A stretch of DNA of 38,344 nt from an uncultured Candidatus Saccharibacteria bacterium (lineage in GTDB: Bacteria > Patescibacteriota > Saccharimonadia > Saccharimonadales > Saccharimonadaceae). Below, piece after piece: positions 38,210-38,344 of this stretch. The notes beneath the pieces were generated by a model that saw nothing but the letters and a program-made list of their open reading frames with translations, searched no databases and had not been told where the DNA came from. The number at the start of each line of letters is the position of its first letter. The first letter of the stretch is position 1. The translations under genes were made by a program, and so were the position numbers. The DNA lies in NCBI GenBank assembly GCA_964566585.1, contig CAZMIW010000001.1:4091-42434 (forward strand), given 5' to 3'.

Positions 38210-38325
38210 TTTTTCTGTATGGCGAGCTACTGCGTCAGAAGGTGCGTTGCTCGCTCTCCGTACTTTTAGTACGGTTCGCTCCGCTACTCCTTCTTCCTTG
38301 TATCTCATCCCTACAGAAAAACTAT
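38206..38325. repeat. Structured intergenic element, copy D
   Basis: Arms ATAGTTTTTCTGTA / TACAGAAAAACTAT; core motifs present; apical hairpin CCGTAC/GTACGG. Confidence 0.88.
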
Positions 38326-38344
38326 AAAGTAATCTGATAGTGTA

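Noticed and set aside
1-38344. Alternative genetic code (TGA read-through)
   Set aside because: Conserved genes are intact under code 11 and TGA is used as a normal stop; the TGA at 15401 results from the frameshift

Overview
Chromosomal segment of a small-genome bacterium, most likely Candidatus Saccharibacteria (TM7/CPR). This is inferred from the pilin N-terminus, the secretin-less type IV pilus cluster and the stripped-down proteins. Left: core genes (rpsO, truB, an orphan ORF, pnp, ftsK, rpsF-ssb-rpsR-efp-tlyA, pta). Middle (about 9.4-26.2 kb): a Wzx/Wzy surface-polysaccharide locus with a visibly AT-richer variable core that also carries an ABC-ATPase plus TOPRIM-like gene pair, followed by ugd and rmlDACB. 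Right: a membrane GT2, pilM-N-O-(small)-B-T-C, tRNA-Arg(CCT), a pilin and ndk. Most notable: (1) a family of structured intergenic elements (4 full copies plus remnants) with conserved internal-loop motifs, covarying stems and copy-specific outer arms that start at the upstream gene's stop codon; (2) a G10 tract that splits an ATP-grasp/acetyltransferase fusion; (3) ten genes with a -10 box exactly 6 nt before the ATG (leaderless mRNAs); (4) a putative defence pair inside the polysaccharide cassette. All calls come from reading the sequence by eye; no searches were run.
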